A DNA stretch of 64,000 bases from an uncultured Muribaculaceae bacterium (lineage in GTDB: Bacteria > Bacillota_I > Bacilli_A > RF39 > UBA660). Where the stretch lies: positions 13,001-77,000 of the forward strand of contig CAZALI010000002.1 in the NCBI GenBank assembly GCA_964486215.1, given 5' to 3'. Both the position numbers and the translations under genes were made by a program. The notes beneath the pieces were generated by a model that was given only the letters and a program-made list of their open reading frames with translations, ran no database searches and was not told the DNA's origin. Shown piece after piece: positions 7,310 through 17,194 of this stretch. Numbering within the stretch: the stretch's first letter is position 1; every line of letters starts with the position of its first letter.

Positions 7310-9631
7310 GTGGAATACATAACAAAAAAAGAAATACAAATATTAGATGGTTATTTTAGAGCAGCTAATTATTTATCTGTTGCTCAATTATATCTAATGG
7401 ATAATCCTCTTTTAAGAACACCTTTAAAGATTACAGATGTTAAACCTAATCCAGTAGGACATTTTGGTACTGTTCCAGGACAAAATTTTATTTATGTTCA
7501 TTTAAATAGAATAATTGCGAAATATAATTTAAATATGATTTATATATCTGGCCCAGGGCATGGAGCTCAAGCTATGATAGCTAATAACTATTTAGAAGGT
7601 ACTTATAGTAGATATTATCCTGAGTTTAGTCAAGATATTAATGGTATGAAATTATTATTCAGAAGATTTGCGGCACCACATGGAGTATCTTCTCATGTTG
7701 AAGCAAACGTTCCGGGATCTATTCATACTGGAGGAGAACTTGGCTATAGTCTTGCACATGCAGCTGGTGCAGTACTCGATAATAGTAGTTTAATCGCAGC
7801 TTGTGTAGTAGGTGATGGTGAGGCTGAGACTGGCCCACTCGCAACTAGTTGGAATATTAATAAATTTTTAAATAAAAAAACTGATGGAGTGGTCTTACCT
7901 ATACTTCATCGTAATGGATTTAAAATATCTAATCCTACAGTTTTTGGTAGAATGAGTGAGAAAGAAATAGAAAAATTCTTTACTTCTTTAGGATGGAAGC
8001 CATATTTTGTTACTGGTAAAGATGAACTTGTAATGCATGAAAAAATGGCTAGAGTAATGGATACGATTGTGAAAGAAATAGGAAAAATAAAGAAGACTGG
8101 TAATGGTAATTATCCGGTTCTTATTCTTACTACTCCTAAAGGTTGGACTTGTCCTAAGATAGTCGATAATAAAGAGATTGAGTCTTCATTTAGATCTCAT
8201 CAAGTTCCTGTTAGTATTAGTAGACTTGATACTCATAATTTACCTATACTAGAGAAATGGTTAAGAAGTTATCATCCAGAAGAATTATTTGATGAGAATG
8301 GTAAATTAAAGAAAATTTATAGAGAGTATATACCTACTAGTTCTAAACGTATGGGTATGAATCCTATTGCGAATGGCGGTAATCTAAAAAATCTTATTTG
8401 TCCAATACTTAAACCATACGAAGTAGATGTTGTTAAACCTGGTAGTGTTGTTAAACAGGATATGATAGAACTTAGTGCTTATATTAGAGATTTATTTACT
8501 TTAAATAAAAATAGTAATAATTTTAGAATCTTTGGTCCAGATGAAGCTATGTCTAATAGACTTTATCATATCTTTGAGGCAGAAAAAAGAACATGGAATT
8601 TTAGAATGCTTAAGAATGATGAATTTTTAAGTAATAATGGTAGAATAATGGATTCTTACTTATCAGAACATTTATGTGAAGGTATGTTAGAAGGTTATAT
8701 TTTAACTGGTAGATATGGAATTATTCATAGTTATGAAGCTTTTGCGAAAGTAATTGAATCTATGATGAGTCAACATACTAAGTGGTTAAAGATAGCTAAT
8801 GAAACTCCTTGGAGAAAGAGTATACCATCTCTTAATTTCTTACTTACTAGTCATACTTTTCAACAAGATCATAATGGTTATACTCATCAAGAACCAAGTT
8901 TTGTTAATGCTCTTTTAAATAAAAAAAGTAATTTAGTTGGTGCTTATTATCCAGTAGATACTAATACTTTGTTAGTTACTTTTGACAAAGTTATTAAAAC
9001 ACGCGGATTAGTAAATTTAATAGTAGCTTCTAAGCATCCTAGACCACAATGGTTTAATATGACAGCTGCTCGTGAATTAGTAAATTTAGGAATAGGAGTA
9101 GTTCCGTTTGCAAGTAATGATGATGGTAACCCTGATGTAGTACTTGTAGGTATAGGAGAAACACCATTCTTAGAAGTTTTAGGAGCTGTTGATATACTTA
9201 GAAAAGGTATACCTAAATTAAAGATTAGAGTTATTGCAGTTAATGATTTATTAAAATTAAGTAGAGAATATTCTTCAGGATTAAGTGACGAAGTATATAA
9301 TAATCTATTTACTAAAGATAGATTAGTAGTATTTAATTTCCATGGATATGATTCAGTAATTAAAGACTTAATATTTGAAAGATTTAATAAGAACATATCT
9401 ATTCATGGTTATAAAGAAGAAGGTTGCATTACCACTCCATTTGATATGAGAGTTCAAAATGAAATAGATAGATTTCATTTAGTAAAAGATATTATTAATA
9501 GACTTCCTAATTATCAGGTTATTGCTAAACCATTAGTTGATTGGTGTGACGTTATGTTGAGAGACCATGATAAGTATATTTCTCTATACGATGACGATAT
9601 GCCATATATTAAGAATTGGCAGTGGAAGTAG
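7310..9631 (+). CDS. xfp: Xylulose-5-phosphate/fructose-6-phosphate phosphoketolase
   Basis: ~770 aa with characteristic motifs (GHFGTVPGQNF, SGPGHGA, GGELGYSL, GDGEAETG). GTG start with a GAGGT RBS. Confidence 0.93.
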   Translation: MEYITKKEIQILDGYFRAANYLSVAQLYLMDNPLLRTPLKITDVKPNPVGHFGTVPGQNFIYVHLNRIIAKYNLNMIYISGPGHGAQAMIANNYLEGTYSRYYPEFSQDINGMKLLFRRFAAPHGVSSHVEANVPGSIHTGGELGYSLAHAAGAVLDNSSLIAACVVGDGEAETGPLATSWNINKFLNKKTDGVVLPILHRNGFKISNPTVFGRMSEKEIEKFFTSLGWKPYFVTGKDELVMHEKMARVMDTIVKEIGKIKKTGNGNYPVLILTTPKGWTCPKIVDNKEIESSFRSHQVPVSISRLDTHNLPILEKWLRSYHPEELFDENGKLKKIYREYIPTSSKRMGMNPIANGGNLKNLICPILKPYEVDVVKPGSVVKQDMIELSAYIRDLFTLNKNSNNFRIFGPDEAMSNRLYHIFEAEKRTWNFRMLKNDEFLSNNGRIMDSYLSEHLCEGMLEGYILTGRYGIIHSYEAFAKVIESMMSQHTKWLKIANETPWRKSIPSLNFLLTSHTFQQDHNGYTHQEPSFVNALLNKKSNLVGAYYPVDTNTLLVTFDKVIKTRGLVNLIVASKHPRPQWFNMTAARELVNLGIGVVPFASNDDGNPDVVLVGIGETPFLEVLGAVDILRKGIPKLKIRVIAVNDLLKLSREYSSGLSDEVYNNLFTKDRLVVFNFHGYDSVIKDLIFERFNKNISIHGYKEEGCITTPFDMRVQNEIDRFHLVKDIINRLPNYQVIAKPLVDWCDVMLRDHDKYISLYDDDMPYIKNWQWK

Positions 9632-9691
9632 TCATAATATTGCTAAAATTGGCTTTTTATGTTATAATATAGTCGATTTGGGGGGGATATT

Positions 9692-9895
9692 ATGAAACGT
9701 ATAATAATTGCTAACAATAATAATCGAATTGGTGTTATGCAGTTAAATGAGAAGAATTTAAGATATTTCATATATAGAAATGTCAAATTAACTTCTAGAA
9801 AAAAGCATTATGATTATAGAGGATATTCCGCTAAGAGTTATAATGATAATGAAAAATTCCTAACTAAATCATTAAAAATGAGTAAAATTTATTAA
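9692..9895 (+). CDS. Small basic protein, hypothetical
   Basis: GGGGGG RBS, TGTTATAAT promoter upstream and its own hairpin terminator (9880-9912). No recognisable domain. Confidence 0.45.
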   Translation: MKRIIIANNNNRIGVMQLNEKNLRYFIYRNVKLTSRKKHYDYRGYSAKSYNDNEKFLTKSLKMSKIY

Positions 9896-9938
9896 TTTTA
9901 CTCTTTTATTTTGATATAATAAGTTGGAGGTGAATATT

Positions 9939-10451
9939 ATGAAGAAAACAATGTTTACTGGTTTTATTATTACAATAATAATAATTATGATTATTTTTTA
10001 TTTAATTGTTAATATAAAACAACCTTATGTTAGCTGTAATGTTAATCATGTTGATGACTTAGGTATTAGATATAATGAAACTGTTAGAAGTCAATTTTCA
10101 TCTAAGAGTATTAGTAAAATAGAAATAGTAAGAATAATTACTGTACCTGATAAGTATAATAATGAAACTAATATTAATGCGATTAATTATGCTTTAAAAA
10201 GAAGTTATAAATATCTTGGTAAAGATGTAAAATTTAAGACTGTTGATAATGAAGTTATAATGAAAATTTCTACTACTAAGAATTTACCTATAATATTGAA
10301 TAATATGGAGTTTTATGATCAAGATGGTTTAGGTATTAAGATTGATACTAATACTAAAAGTAGTGAAAATGCTAATTTAAGTATAGGAGATAAATATTCT
10401 GAAGGAGAATATATGGTCTTTATGAAAGGTTATGAGTATTCTTGCAAGTAA
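9939..10451 (+). CDS. N-terminally anchored membrane protein, hypothetical
   Basis: ATG 9939 is preceded by GGAGGTG (the track's TTG 9924 lies in the RBS). TM helix FTGFIITIIIIMIIFYLIV. Confidence 0.6.
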   Translation: MKKTMFTGFIITIIIIMIIFYLIVNIKQPYVSCNVNHVDDLGIRYNETVRSQFSSKSISKIEIVRIITVPDKYNNETNINAINYALKRSYKYLGKDVKFKTVDNEVIMKISTTKNLPIILNNMEFYDQDGLGIKIDTNTKSSENANLSIGDKYSEGEYMVFMKGYEYSCK

Positions 10452-10708
10452 CAGATGAATATATTAAAGAAGTTAGTGATAATTTAGATATTAGTAAATT
10501 TCATAATATTAATGGTTTTGATTTAAATGATTATGAAATAGAAGTATTAAATAGATATGATATTGATTATAAAAACTGTAGTAGTTTAAAAGATGTTTTA
10601 TTCTTAATAGAAGAAGTATTAAATGACGGTACTAGTGATATGGATGATTTAGAAGAAGTATCTATTAGTATTGGCGATAGAGATTACTACGAGAATACTG
10701 AGAAGTAG
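10442..10708 (+). CDS. Small acidic protein, hypothetical
   Basis: ORF overlapping the upstream stop. TTG start, no recognisable domain. Confidence 0.45.
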   Translation: MQVTDEYIKEVSDNLDISKFHNINGFDLNDYEIEVLNRYDIDYKNCSSLKDVLFLIEEVLNDGTSDMDDLEEVSISIGDRDYYENTEK

Positions 10709-10717
10709 GTGAAGTAA

Positions 10718-11839
10718 ATGATTTATTTAGATTATAGTGCAACAACACCAGTTAATGAACAAGTTATAGAGAGTTTTGGTGAAGCTTGTAGAAAATTTGT
10801 TGGTAATCCTAATTCTTTACATAGAATAGGATTAGAGAGTAAGAAAGTAATAGATGCTGCTACTAGTCAAATTGCTGATATTTTAGGAGTTAAAACTAGT
10901 GAAATTATTTATACTAGTGGAGCTAGTGAATCAAATAATACAGTATTAAAAGGAATTTGTTCTAGATATAGTAATCGTGGTAATAAGATTATTACTACAG
11001 AGTTAGAACATTCATCTATAATTGCTCCACTTAATTATTTAAGTGAAAAAGGTTTTGATGTTAACTTTGTTAAATTAGATGATAATGGACAAGTAGATTT
11101 AGATGATTTAAAAAGATTAATAGATGATAAAACTATTTTAGTATCTATTGCTTCTGTTAGTAGTGAAGTTGGAGTTAGACAACCAATTGATAAGATAGCT
11201 AAGATAGTCAAGAAATATCCTAAGTGTTTTTTCCATGTTGATATGACACAGAGTATTGGCAAAGAAAAAGTTGATTTATCAGATATTGATTTTGCGTCTT
11301 TTTCAGCACAGAAGTTTTATGGAATTAAAGGTGTAGGTGGCCTAGTAAAAAAAGAAGGTATTATAATTGATCCTCTTATACATGGAGGTAAAAGTACAAC
11401 AGCTTTTAGAAGTGGAACACCTGCTTTACCACTAATTATTTCTATGGCTAAAGCTATGCGTCTTGCCTATGAAGATTTTGATAAAAAAGATAAACATGTA
11501 AAAGAAATAAATAAATATTTAATAGATAAATTAAGCAAACTAAATGTTCATATTAATAGTAATGATAAGTGTTTACCACATATAGTTAATTTTAGTTTAT
11601 ATGGTATTAAGAGTGAAGTTATGCTACATGCTTTAGAAGAAGATGATATTTTTATATCAACTCAGACAGCTTGTGCTACAGCTAATTATTCTAAGGCAGT
11701 ATATGCTTTGACTAAATCAAAAAAACTTTCTACTACTTCTATGAGAGTTAGTCTTTCTTATTTGACTACTAAAAAAGAAATAGATGCTTTTATTAAATCT
11801 TTATCTAAGAATATTGAAAAATTAGGAGCATTAAAATGA
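10718..11839 (+). CDS. Cysteine desulfurase (class V aminotransferase, NifS/IscS-like)
   Basis: Typical N-terminus MIYLDYSATTP, TSGASESNN, a PLP-lysine context SAQKFYG, and RSGTP. Confidence 0.85.
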   Translation: MIYLDYSATTPVNEQVIESFGEACRKFVGNPNSLHRIGLESKKVIDAATSQIADILGVKTSEIIYTSGASESNNTVLKGICSRYSNRGNKIITTELEHSSIIAPLNYLSEKGFDVNFVKLDDNGQVDLDDLKRLIDDKTILVSIASVSSEVGVRQPIDKIAKIVKKYPKCFFHVDMTQSIGKEKVDLSDIDFASFSAQKFYGIKGVGGLVKKEGIIIDPLIHGGKSTTAFRSGTPALPLIISMAKAMRLAYEDFDKKDKHVKEINKYLIDKLSKLNVHINSNDKCLPHIVNFSLYGIKSEVMLHALEEDDIFISTQTACATANYSKAVYALTKSKKLSTTSMRVSLSYLTTKKEIDAFIKSLSKNIEKLGALK

Positions 11840-12099
11840 GAATTGTTAAAGTCAGTGCTGTATGGTGTAGTGCTTGTTTAATTATGAACAAGATTTGGAA
11901 AGAGATAGAAACAGAAGAAAAATTAGAAGTTGAATCTCTTGATTTAGATATGAATGAAGAAGAAGTCAAAAAATACAATGTTGGAGAAAAACTACCAGAA
12001 GTTATCTTCTTAAATGATGAAGATGAAGAAATAGGTAGATTAATAGGAGAACATACAAAGAAAGAAATATTAGAATATATGAGGGGATTAAACGTATGA
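11836..12099 (+). CDS. Thioredoxin-fold protein (WCSAC motif)
   Basis: CxxC in the context VSAVWCSAC. ~87 aa. 4-nt overlaps with both neighbours. Confidence 0.7.
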   Translation: MRIVKVSAVWCSACLIMNKIWKEIETEEKLEVESLDLDMNEEEVKKYNVGEKLPEVIFLNDEDEEIGRLIGEHTKKEILEYMRGLNV

Positions 12100-13295
12100 A
12101 GAAAATATTAACTTTATGTTTATTATTATTAGTATTTTTTAGTATGGGAGTAAATGCTAAAGAAAAAGTAACTCTATATTTCTTTTATGGAGAAGGCTGC
12201 CCACACTGTGCTGAAGAAGAAAGAGAATTAATAAAAGAATTAGAAAAAGATAAAAGTATAAGAATAGTTAAATTAGAATCATGGTCTCATAAAAAGAATT
12301 ATGATTTATTAACTAAAGTAGTAGAAGCATATGGCTGTAGTGAAGGAGTACCTACTAATATTATTGGAGATACAGCTATTGTTGGTTATAGTGATGCGAA
12401 TAACTATAAAATCAAAAGAGCAATTAAGTATTATAAAACTCATAAATATATTGATGAAATAAAGAAGTTAAAAGCTGGAAAAAAAGTGGAAATTGATGAT
12501 AAATTCTCTAGTGAAGAAGCAACTACAGATAATGAAAATATTATTAGTATGCCATTCTTTGGAAAGATTAATTTAAAAAGACTTTCTCTTTCTACGGCAG
12601 CTATTGTTGTAGGTTTAATTGATGGTTTTAATCCTTGTGCTATGTGGGTATTATTATTCTTATTAACTACTTTGATAGGTATGAAAGATAAAAAGAAAAT
12701 GATTATACTTGGATTTATTTTCTTATTCACAAGTGCTTTAGTCTATTTCTTAATTATGTTCTCATGGTTAAATATTGTTGTTAGTGTTAGTACTTCAATA
12801 ATATTTAGGACAATAATTGCTATTGTGGCTTTATTAGCTGGTATATATAACATATATAGTTTTATTAAGGCACTTAAGAGCGATGATGGTTGTGAAGTAG
12901 TTAGTGAAGAAAAGAGAAAAACAATCTTTTCTAGAATAAAGAAAATTGTTCATGAGAAGAGCTTTTTACTTGCAATACTTGGTATTATGGCATTAGCTAT
13001 TTCTGTTAATATAGTTGATTTATTATGTTCTGCTGGCCTACCAGTAATATTTAGTGAATTACTAGCTATTAATGATGTCAGTGGAACAAGAGCTATACTT
13101 TATGATTTACTATATATATTATTCTTTATGTTTGATGATATCGCAGTATTCTTAATAGCTATTAAAACTATGGATATAGTAGGTATCAGTACTAAGTATA
13201 ATAAATACTCTCATTTAGTAGGTGGTTTAATCATGTTACTAATAGGTGTATTATTACTATTTAAGCCAGGATGGTTGATGTTTAATTTTAAATAA
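12096..13295 (+). CDS. Membrane thiol-disulfide oxidoreductase: exported CPHC thioredoxin/glutaredoxin-like domain fused to a DsbD/CcdA-like multi-TM domain
   Basis: Signal/anchor sequence. GCPHC motif. Multi-TM C-terminal half with FNPCAMW and LLCSAGLP cysteine motifs, as in CcdA/DsbD electron conduits. Confidence 0.7.
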   Translation: MKKILTLCLLLLVFFSMGVNAKEKVTLYFFYGEGCPHCAEEERELIKELEKDKSIRIVKLESWSHKKNYDLLTKVVEAYGCSEGVPTNIIGDTAIVGYSDANNYKIKRAIKYYKTHKYIDEIKKLKAGKKVEIDDKFSSEEATTDNENIISMPFFGKINLKRLSLSTAAIVVGLIDGFNPCAMWVLLFLLTTLIGMKDKKKMIILGFIFLFTSALVYFLIMFSWLNIVVSVSTSIIFRTIIAIVALLAGIYNIYSFIKALKSDDGCEVVSEEKRKTIFSRIKKIVHEKSFLLAILGIMALAISVNIVDLLCSAGLPVIFSELLAINDVSGTRAILYDLLYILFFMFDDIAVFLIAIKTMDIVGISTKYNKYSHLVGGLIMLLIGVLLLFKPGWLMFNFK

Positions 13296-13320
13296 TAAAT
13301 AAGTATAATTTTAGGGGATA

Positions 13321-13357
13321 AATAAGTCAAAAATATGGACTTATTTTCTTTTTTTTT
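13321..13357 (+). terminator. Intrinsic terminator
   Basis: Stem AATAAGTC / GACTTATT followed by a long T tract. Confidence 0.7.
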
Positions 13358-13389
13358 GTATAATTGTAAGTAGGATAGAGGGGATATTC

Positions 13390-13656
13390 ATGGATAAAGA
13401 ATATATGGCTATTAGATACGAAGATGGTAAGATTGAAAAAGTTCATGTAATCACTTTTTTACTTTCTGAAGATGGTATGCGTAATTACGTAGTATTTTCT
13501 AAAGATGAAGTTCAAGGTGTTGATAATGATCACATTATCTATATATCTAGAGTTATAGAAAATACTGGGTTACTTACTGTTGAAGAAATAAAAGAAGATA
13601 TCGAGTGGCGTGATGTACAACAGTTATTAAAGAAAATAGCTAATGGACAGAGGTGA
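13390..13656 (+). CDS. DUF1292-like small protein
   Basis: ~88 aa. The pattern (EDGKIEKVHVITFLLSEDGMRNYVVF...) resembles the UPF0473/DUF1292 family. Confidence 0.6.
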   Translation: MDKEYMAIRYEDGKIEKVHVITFLLSEDGMRNYVVFSKDEVQGVDNDHIIYISRVIENTGLLTVEEIKEDIEWRDVQQLLKKIANGQR

Positions 13657-13657
13657 T

Positions 13658-14872
13658 ATGATGAATTTTGATGATGATTATAATAATAGTGAATTTGCTT
13701 CAGCAATAGAGAATATTAAATCAGCTTTATATGATATTACTTCTACTATTAATGTGAAGATATATAATCTTAATGGTGTTGATGATGAAGATGCAGTTGC
13801 TTTTAAAGAAGAGTTAAATGCTAGACTTATGAATATCATTAAGAACAGTAATGATATGTTAAATGATATATCTGCTGTGGATAAATATATTGATTATGGT
13901 GAATTAGTAGATGAAGATAATGACATTATTGAAAATGAAGAAGAAGATGAAGAAGTTAATTTAAATAATAAAGATATGGATCATATAGAAGTAGATGAAT
14001 CAGAAGAAGAAGAACCTGAGGAAAATACAGAGGAAGAAAATACAGATGCTACTGATTTAGCTGATAAGTTGAATGCTATAGTTTCTTCTTCAAATGAAGA
14101 GAGTACTCCAAAAGAAGAAACTTCTGAAGAAACTACGGAAGATGAGCCTACTGAGGATGAAACTGAAGGAGTTGAAGAAACTACTGAGGAACCTGAAGAA
14201 TCCCCAGTAGAAGAACCTGAGGAAGAAGATACTGATAACTCTACCGAAGATAGTGAGGAAGAAACAGATGATGAAGAAGCAACTGAAGATAATTCGGAAG
14301 AAGAAGTAGCAAATATATTTAATACTGAAACACCTGTTGAGGATAGTGATTCTGAAGTAAAAATTCCAGATATAGAAACTAACGAAGAATCTACTGAGAA
14401 ATCATCTGAAGAAGAAAATGCAGATATTTCATCAGAAGAAAGTGAAAATAAAGTTACTGAAGAGTCTGAAGAATCTACAGAAGAAGAACCTGAGGAAGAG
14501 AGTACTGATAATTCAGTTGAAGAGACTAATACTGATACTAGTGAAGTTTCAGAACAGAATAATGATGAGACTCCTGAAGAAGATAATATTAAGACTAGTT
14601 TCACAGTTAATAAAGGTAATAAAGATTTGCCTAAGGCTATACTTGTTACTACTAAGCAATATAATAATTTGCTTGAAAGTTTATCTTCACAGAAAGCTTT
14701 ATGTAAATTTAGAAATTTATTAACAACAACTTCTGATATATCAAATGATGTAGACTTAGAGATGTTAATGAATCAAGCTAATGATTTGTATAAGAGTGGA
14801 GATATTAAAGGAGCAGAGGAAATATATAATAAAATTAGTGAAATAAATGCTAATAAAACTGAAAATAATTAG
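13658..14872 (+). CDS. Hyper-acidic E/D/T/S-rich low-complexity protein with structured N- and C-terminal ends
   Basis: AGAGGTGA RBS overlapping the upstream stop, so ATG 13658 is the likely start (the track starts at 13643). A ~230-aa stretch is dominated by E, D, T and S. Confidence 0.65.
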   Translation: MMNFDDDYNNSEFASAIENIKSALYDITSTINVKIYNLNGVDDEDAVAFKEELNARLMNIIKNSNDMLNDISAVDKYIDYGELVDEDNDIIENEEEDEEVNLNNKDMDHIEVDESEEEEPEENTEEENTDATDLADKLNAIVSSSNEESTPKEETSEETTEDEPTEDETEGVEETTEEPEESPVEEPEEEDTDNSTEDSEEETDDEEATEDNSEEEVANIFNTETPVEDSDSEVKIPDIETNEESTEKSSEEENADISSEESENKVTEESEESTEEEPEEESTDNSVEETNTDTSEVSEQNNDETPEEDNIKTSFTVNKGNKDLPKAILVTTKQYNNLLESLSSQKALCKFRNLLTTTSDISNDVDLEMLMNQANDLYKSGDIKGAEEIYNKISEINANKTENN

Positions 14873-14902
14873 TAGTTAGTAAAAATATTAAGGAGGAAGA
14901 GT

Positions 14903-15937
14903 ATGAAAAGTAACAAAATGAACCAGATAGCTTATATACTTATCATATCTTCTCTTTTTATTTTTGCTTTAGCTTCGTATGTATCTCTTGATAAAGTAAA
15001 TATTTATTCTAATGAAGAAAGAACATATGGTGAAATTAGTGTTACTACTAAACCTGAAGAAGAAATAGAAAAAAATGATGATACTAAAAATATTACTGCC
15101 GAGGATAATAAATCTGGATCTAAGCCTTCTAATAGTAGTAATGGTGGAAAGAGTAGTAGTTCTACAGGCAAGACTAGTACTTCTGGTACAGCAGGTAGTA
15201 AAGGAAATACTAGTAACAAGAGTATTAATAATAAACCCACACCCACTCCTAATTACGTAGATGTGAATAATGCAGCTCGTATAAGTTTGGAAAATCAATA
15301 TAATATTAATATTTTATATGGAAAAGAAACAAATGGTTATGTAGTAGGTGGTATGAATACTATAGCTCTTAGTGATACTAATAGGATTGCTAGAGCTATA
15401 AACAGTTTAAGAATATGTTTATCACGTTACCCAGCTAATATATTTAGAGAAACTACTTCTGTTTATCCATTAAATATTTATTTAATTGATAAATTTTCTA
15501 CTAACAATGTTACTGGTGTTACTGATTCAACTACTAGGACAGTATCTATTTCTATCGCAACAGCTTATTCATTTGATGTTAGTTTACATCATGAAATGTT
15601 TCACTATTTAGAGCATTATATATTTTATAAAGGTGGATCTTACAATACTTGGAATTCACTAAATCCTACGGGATTTACTTATGGTAATGTTAATAGTAAT
15701 TGGGCATTTTCTAAGACACAAAGTCCAGATGCTTACTTTGTTAATGATTATGCTATGTATAGTGATGCTGAAGATAGAGCTTCTACTTTTGAATATATGA
15801 CTGCTGGTTATAAAGCTAGTTGTTTGAATAATGGTAAGCCTGTTTATAAAAAAGCTAAATATATGGCTCAAACTATGGAATATTATTTAAATAGTGTGAG
15901 CCCAAGTGTTACGGAATATTGGGAAAGGTACTTATGA
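14903..15937 (+). CDS. Membrane-anchored putative zinc metallopeptidase (HEXXH)
   Basis: AAGGAGG RBS, N-terminal TM, S/G/T-rich linker and a HEMFH motif (SLHHEMFHYLEH). Confidence 0.7.
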   Translation: MKSNKMNQIAYILIISSLFIFALASYVSLDKVNIYSNEERTYGEISVTTKPEEEIEKNDDTKNITAEDNKSGSKPSNSSNGGKSSSSTGKTSTSGTAGSKGNTSNKSINNKPTPTPNYVDVNNAARISLENQYNINILYGKETNGYVVGGMNTIALSDTNRIARAINSLRICLSRYPANIFRETTSVYPLNIYLIDKFSTNNVTGVTDSTTRTVSISIATAYSFDVSLHHEMFHYLEHYIFYKGGSYNTWNSLNPTGFTYGNVNSNWAFSKTQSPDAYFVNDYAMYSDAEDRASTFEYMTAGYKASCLNNGKPVYKKAKYMAQTMEYYLNSVSPSVTEYWERYL

Positions 15938-16455
15938 AAAAGATAATAATAAATGATAGTAATATAGATGATAAAGATATAGATTACTCTGTAGTTAGAG
16001 TTAAAGCTATAATTGTTAATAGTGAAAATAGTGTTATTATGGAACATAATAATAATACGTTTCAATTACCTGGTGGTCATGTAGAACAAGAAGATTTAAA
16101 AGAAGCTTTAAAAAGAGAAATCTTAGAAGAATGTGGAATATCTAATGTAGAAATAGGAGAACCATTTCTAAATATTGTTACTTATGATAATGATTATTTT
16201 GGAAGCTCTAAGAAAGTATTAAATAAGATATATTACTTTGATGTTTATACTGATGAGACTCCTGATTTTAAGAAGACAAGATATGATATTTTAGAATCGA
16301 AAACTCCTTTTAGATTGTTTTATGTAGATATGAATAAGGTTAAAGACTTTATAGAGGAAGAAAAGACTAAGAAAAATATAGAAGAAGCTATTGCGAGAGA
16401 ATTAAATTTAGTTTTTGATGCTTATAAATATATTAAAGATGATGAGATTATATAG
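15934..16455 (+). CDS. NUDIX hydrolase
   Basis: Nudix box GGHVEQEDLKEALKREILEECGI. ATG 15934 overlaps the upstream stop (ATGA). Confidence 0.85.
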   Translation: MKKIIINDSNIDDKDIDYSVVRVKAIIVNSENSVIMEHNNNTFQLPGGHVEQEDLKEALKREILEECGISNVEIGEPFLNIVTYDNDYFGSSKKVLNKIYYFDVYTDETPDFKKTRYDILESKTPFRLFYVDMNKVKDFIEEEKTKKNIEEAIARELNLVFDAYKYIKDDEII

Positions 16456-16498
16456 TTATATAATCTTTTTTTTGATATAATATATCTGGTGATTGATT

Positions 16499-17194
16499 AT
16501 GGAATTGGTTATTAAAGACTTATATAAAAGTTATGATAAGAAAGAAGTATTAAAAAACATTGATTTTACTTTTAAAGATAATAAGATATATGGTCTTATT
16601 GGTAGAAATGGAGCAGGTAAAACTACTTTCTTTAATTCTTTAAATGAAGATATAGAAATTAATAGTGGTAGTTTTACTTTGGATGGAGAAAAACTTAATT
16701 CTAATGATATTGGTTATGTTTTATCTACACCAATAGTACCTGAATTTTTAACTGCCAGAGAGTTTTTAACTTTCTTTTTAGAAACACATAAAGATACAAT
16801 AAAAGATGTTAAAGACTTAGATTATTACTTTGACTTAGTATCTCTAGATAAGAGTGATCAAGATAAGCTATTAAAAGATTATTCTCATGGTATGAAGAAT
16901 AAAATACAATTACTTATAAATGTTATTAGTAATACTAAAGTAATATTATTAGATGAACCTCTTGTATCTCTTGATGTACTTGCTCAAGAAAATATTAAAA
17001 AATTATTAAAGAGTTTAAAGAAAGATCATATAATTATTTTTTCAACACATATATTAGAGATAGCTTTAGATATATGCGATGATATTATATTACTTAAAGA
17101 TATGCATTTTGAAGAGATTAAGAAGTCTAATTTAGGTACTAAGAAGTATAAAGATAAAATATTAAGTGCTTTGAAGGAAGATAAAGATGCTTAG
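16499..17194 (+). CDS. ABC transporter ATP-binding protein
   Basis: Walker A GRNGAGKTT, signature-like YSHGMKNK, Walker B ILLDEP. Confidence 0.85.
   Translation: MELVIKDLYKSYDKKEVLKNIDFTFKDNKIYGLIGRNGAGKTTFFNSLNEDIEINSGSFTLDGEKLNSNDIGYVLSTPIVPEFLTAREFLTFFLETHKDTIKDVKDLDYYFDLVSLDKSDQDKLLKDYSHGMKNKIQLLINVISNTKVILLDEPLVSLDVLAQENIKKLLKSLKKDHIIIFSTHILEIALDICDDIILLKDMHFEEIKKSNLGTKKYKDKILSALKEDKDA

Noticed and set aside
8947-9396. 149-aa antisense ORF inside the phosphoketolase gene (likewise 11035-11262, 12440-12730, 21164-21550, 22242-22466, 25043-25228, 25397-25630, 37511-37723, 45865-46062, 48482-48694, 59773-59964, 60144-60455, 62964-63182)
   Set aside because: Each lies entirely within a confidently identified gene on the opposite strand. 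None has a start-site signal or a recognisable domain.
13981-14604. 207-aa Ser-rich antisense ORF (with 14418-14723 on the + strand and 14969-15298, 15004-15246, 15075-15260 nearby)
   Set aside because: These are mirror-image artefacts of GAA/GAT/ACT-rich low-complexity coding sequence on the + strand. They have no RBS and their composition is the complement of the acidic or S/G/T-rich genes.
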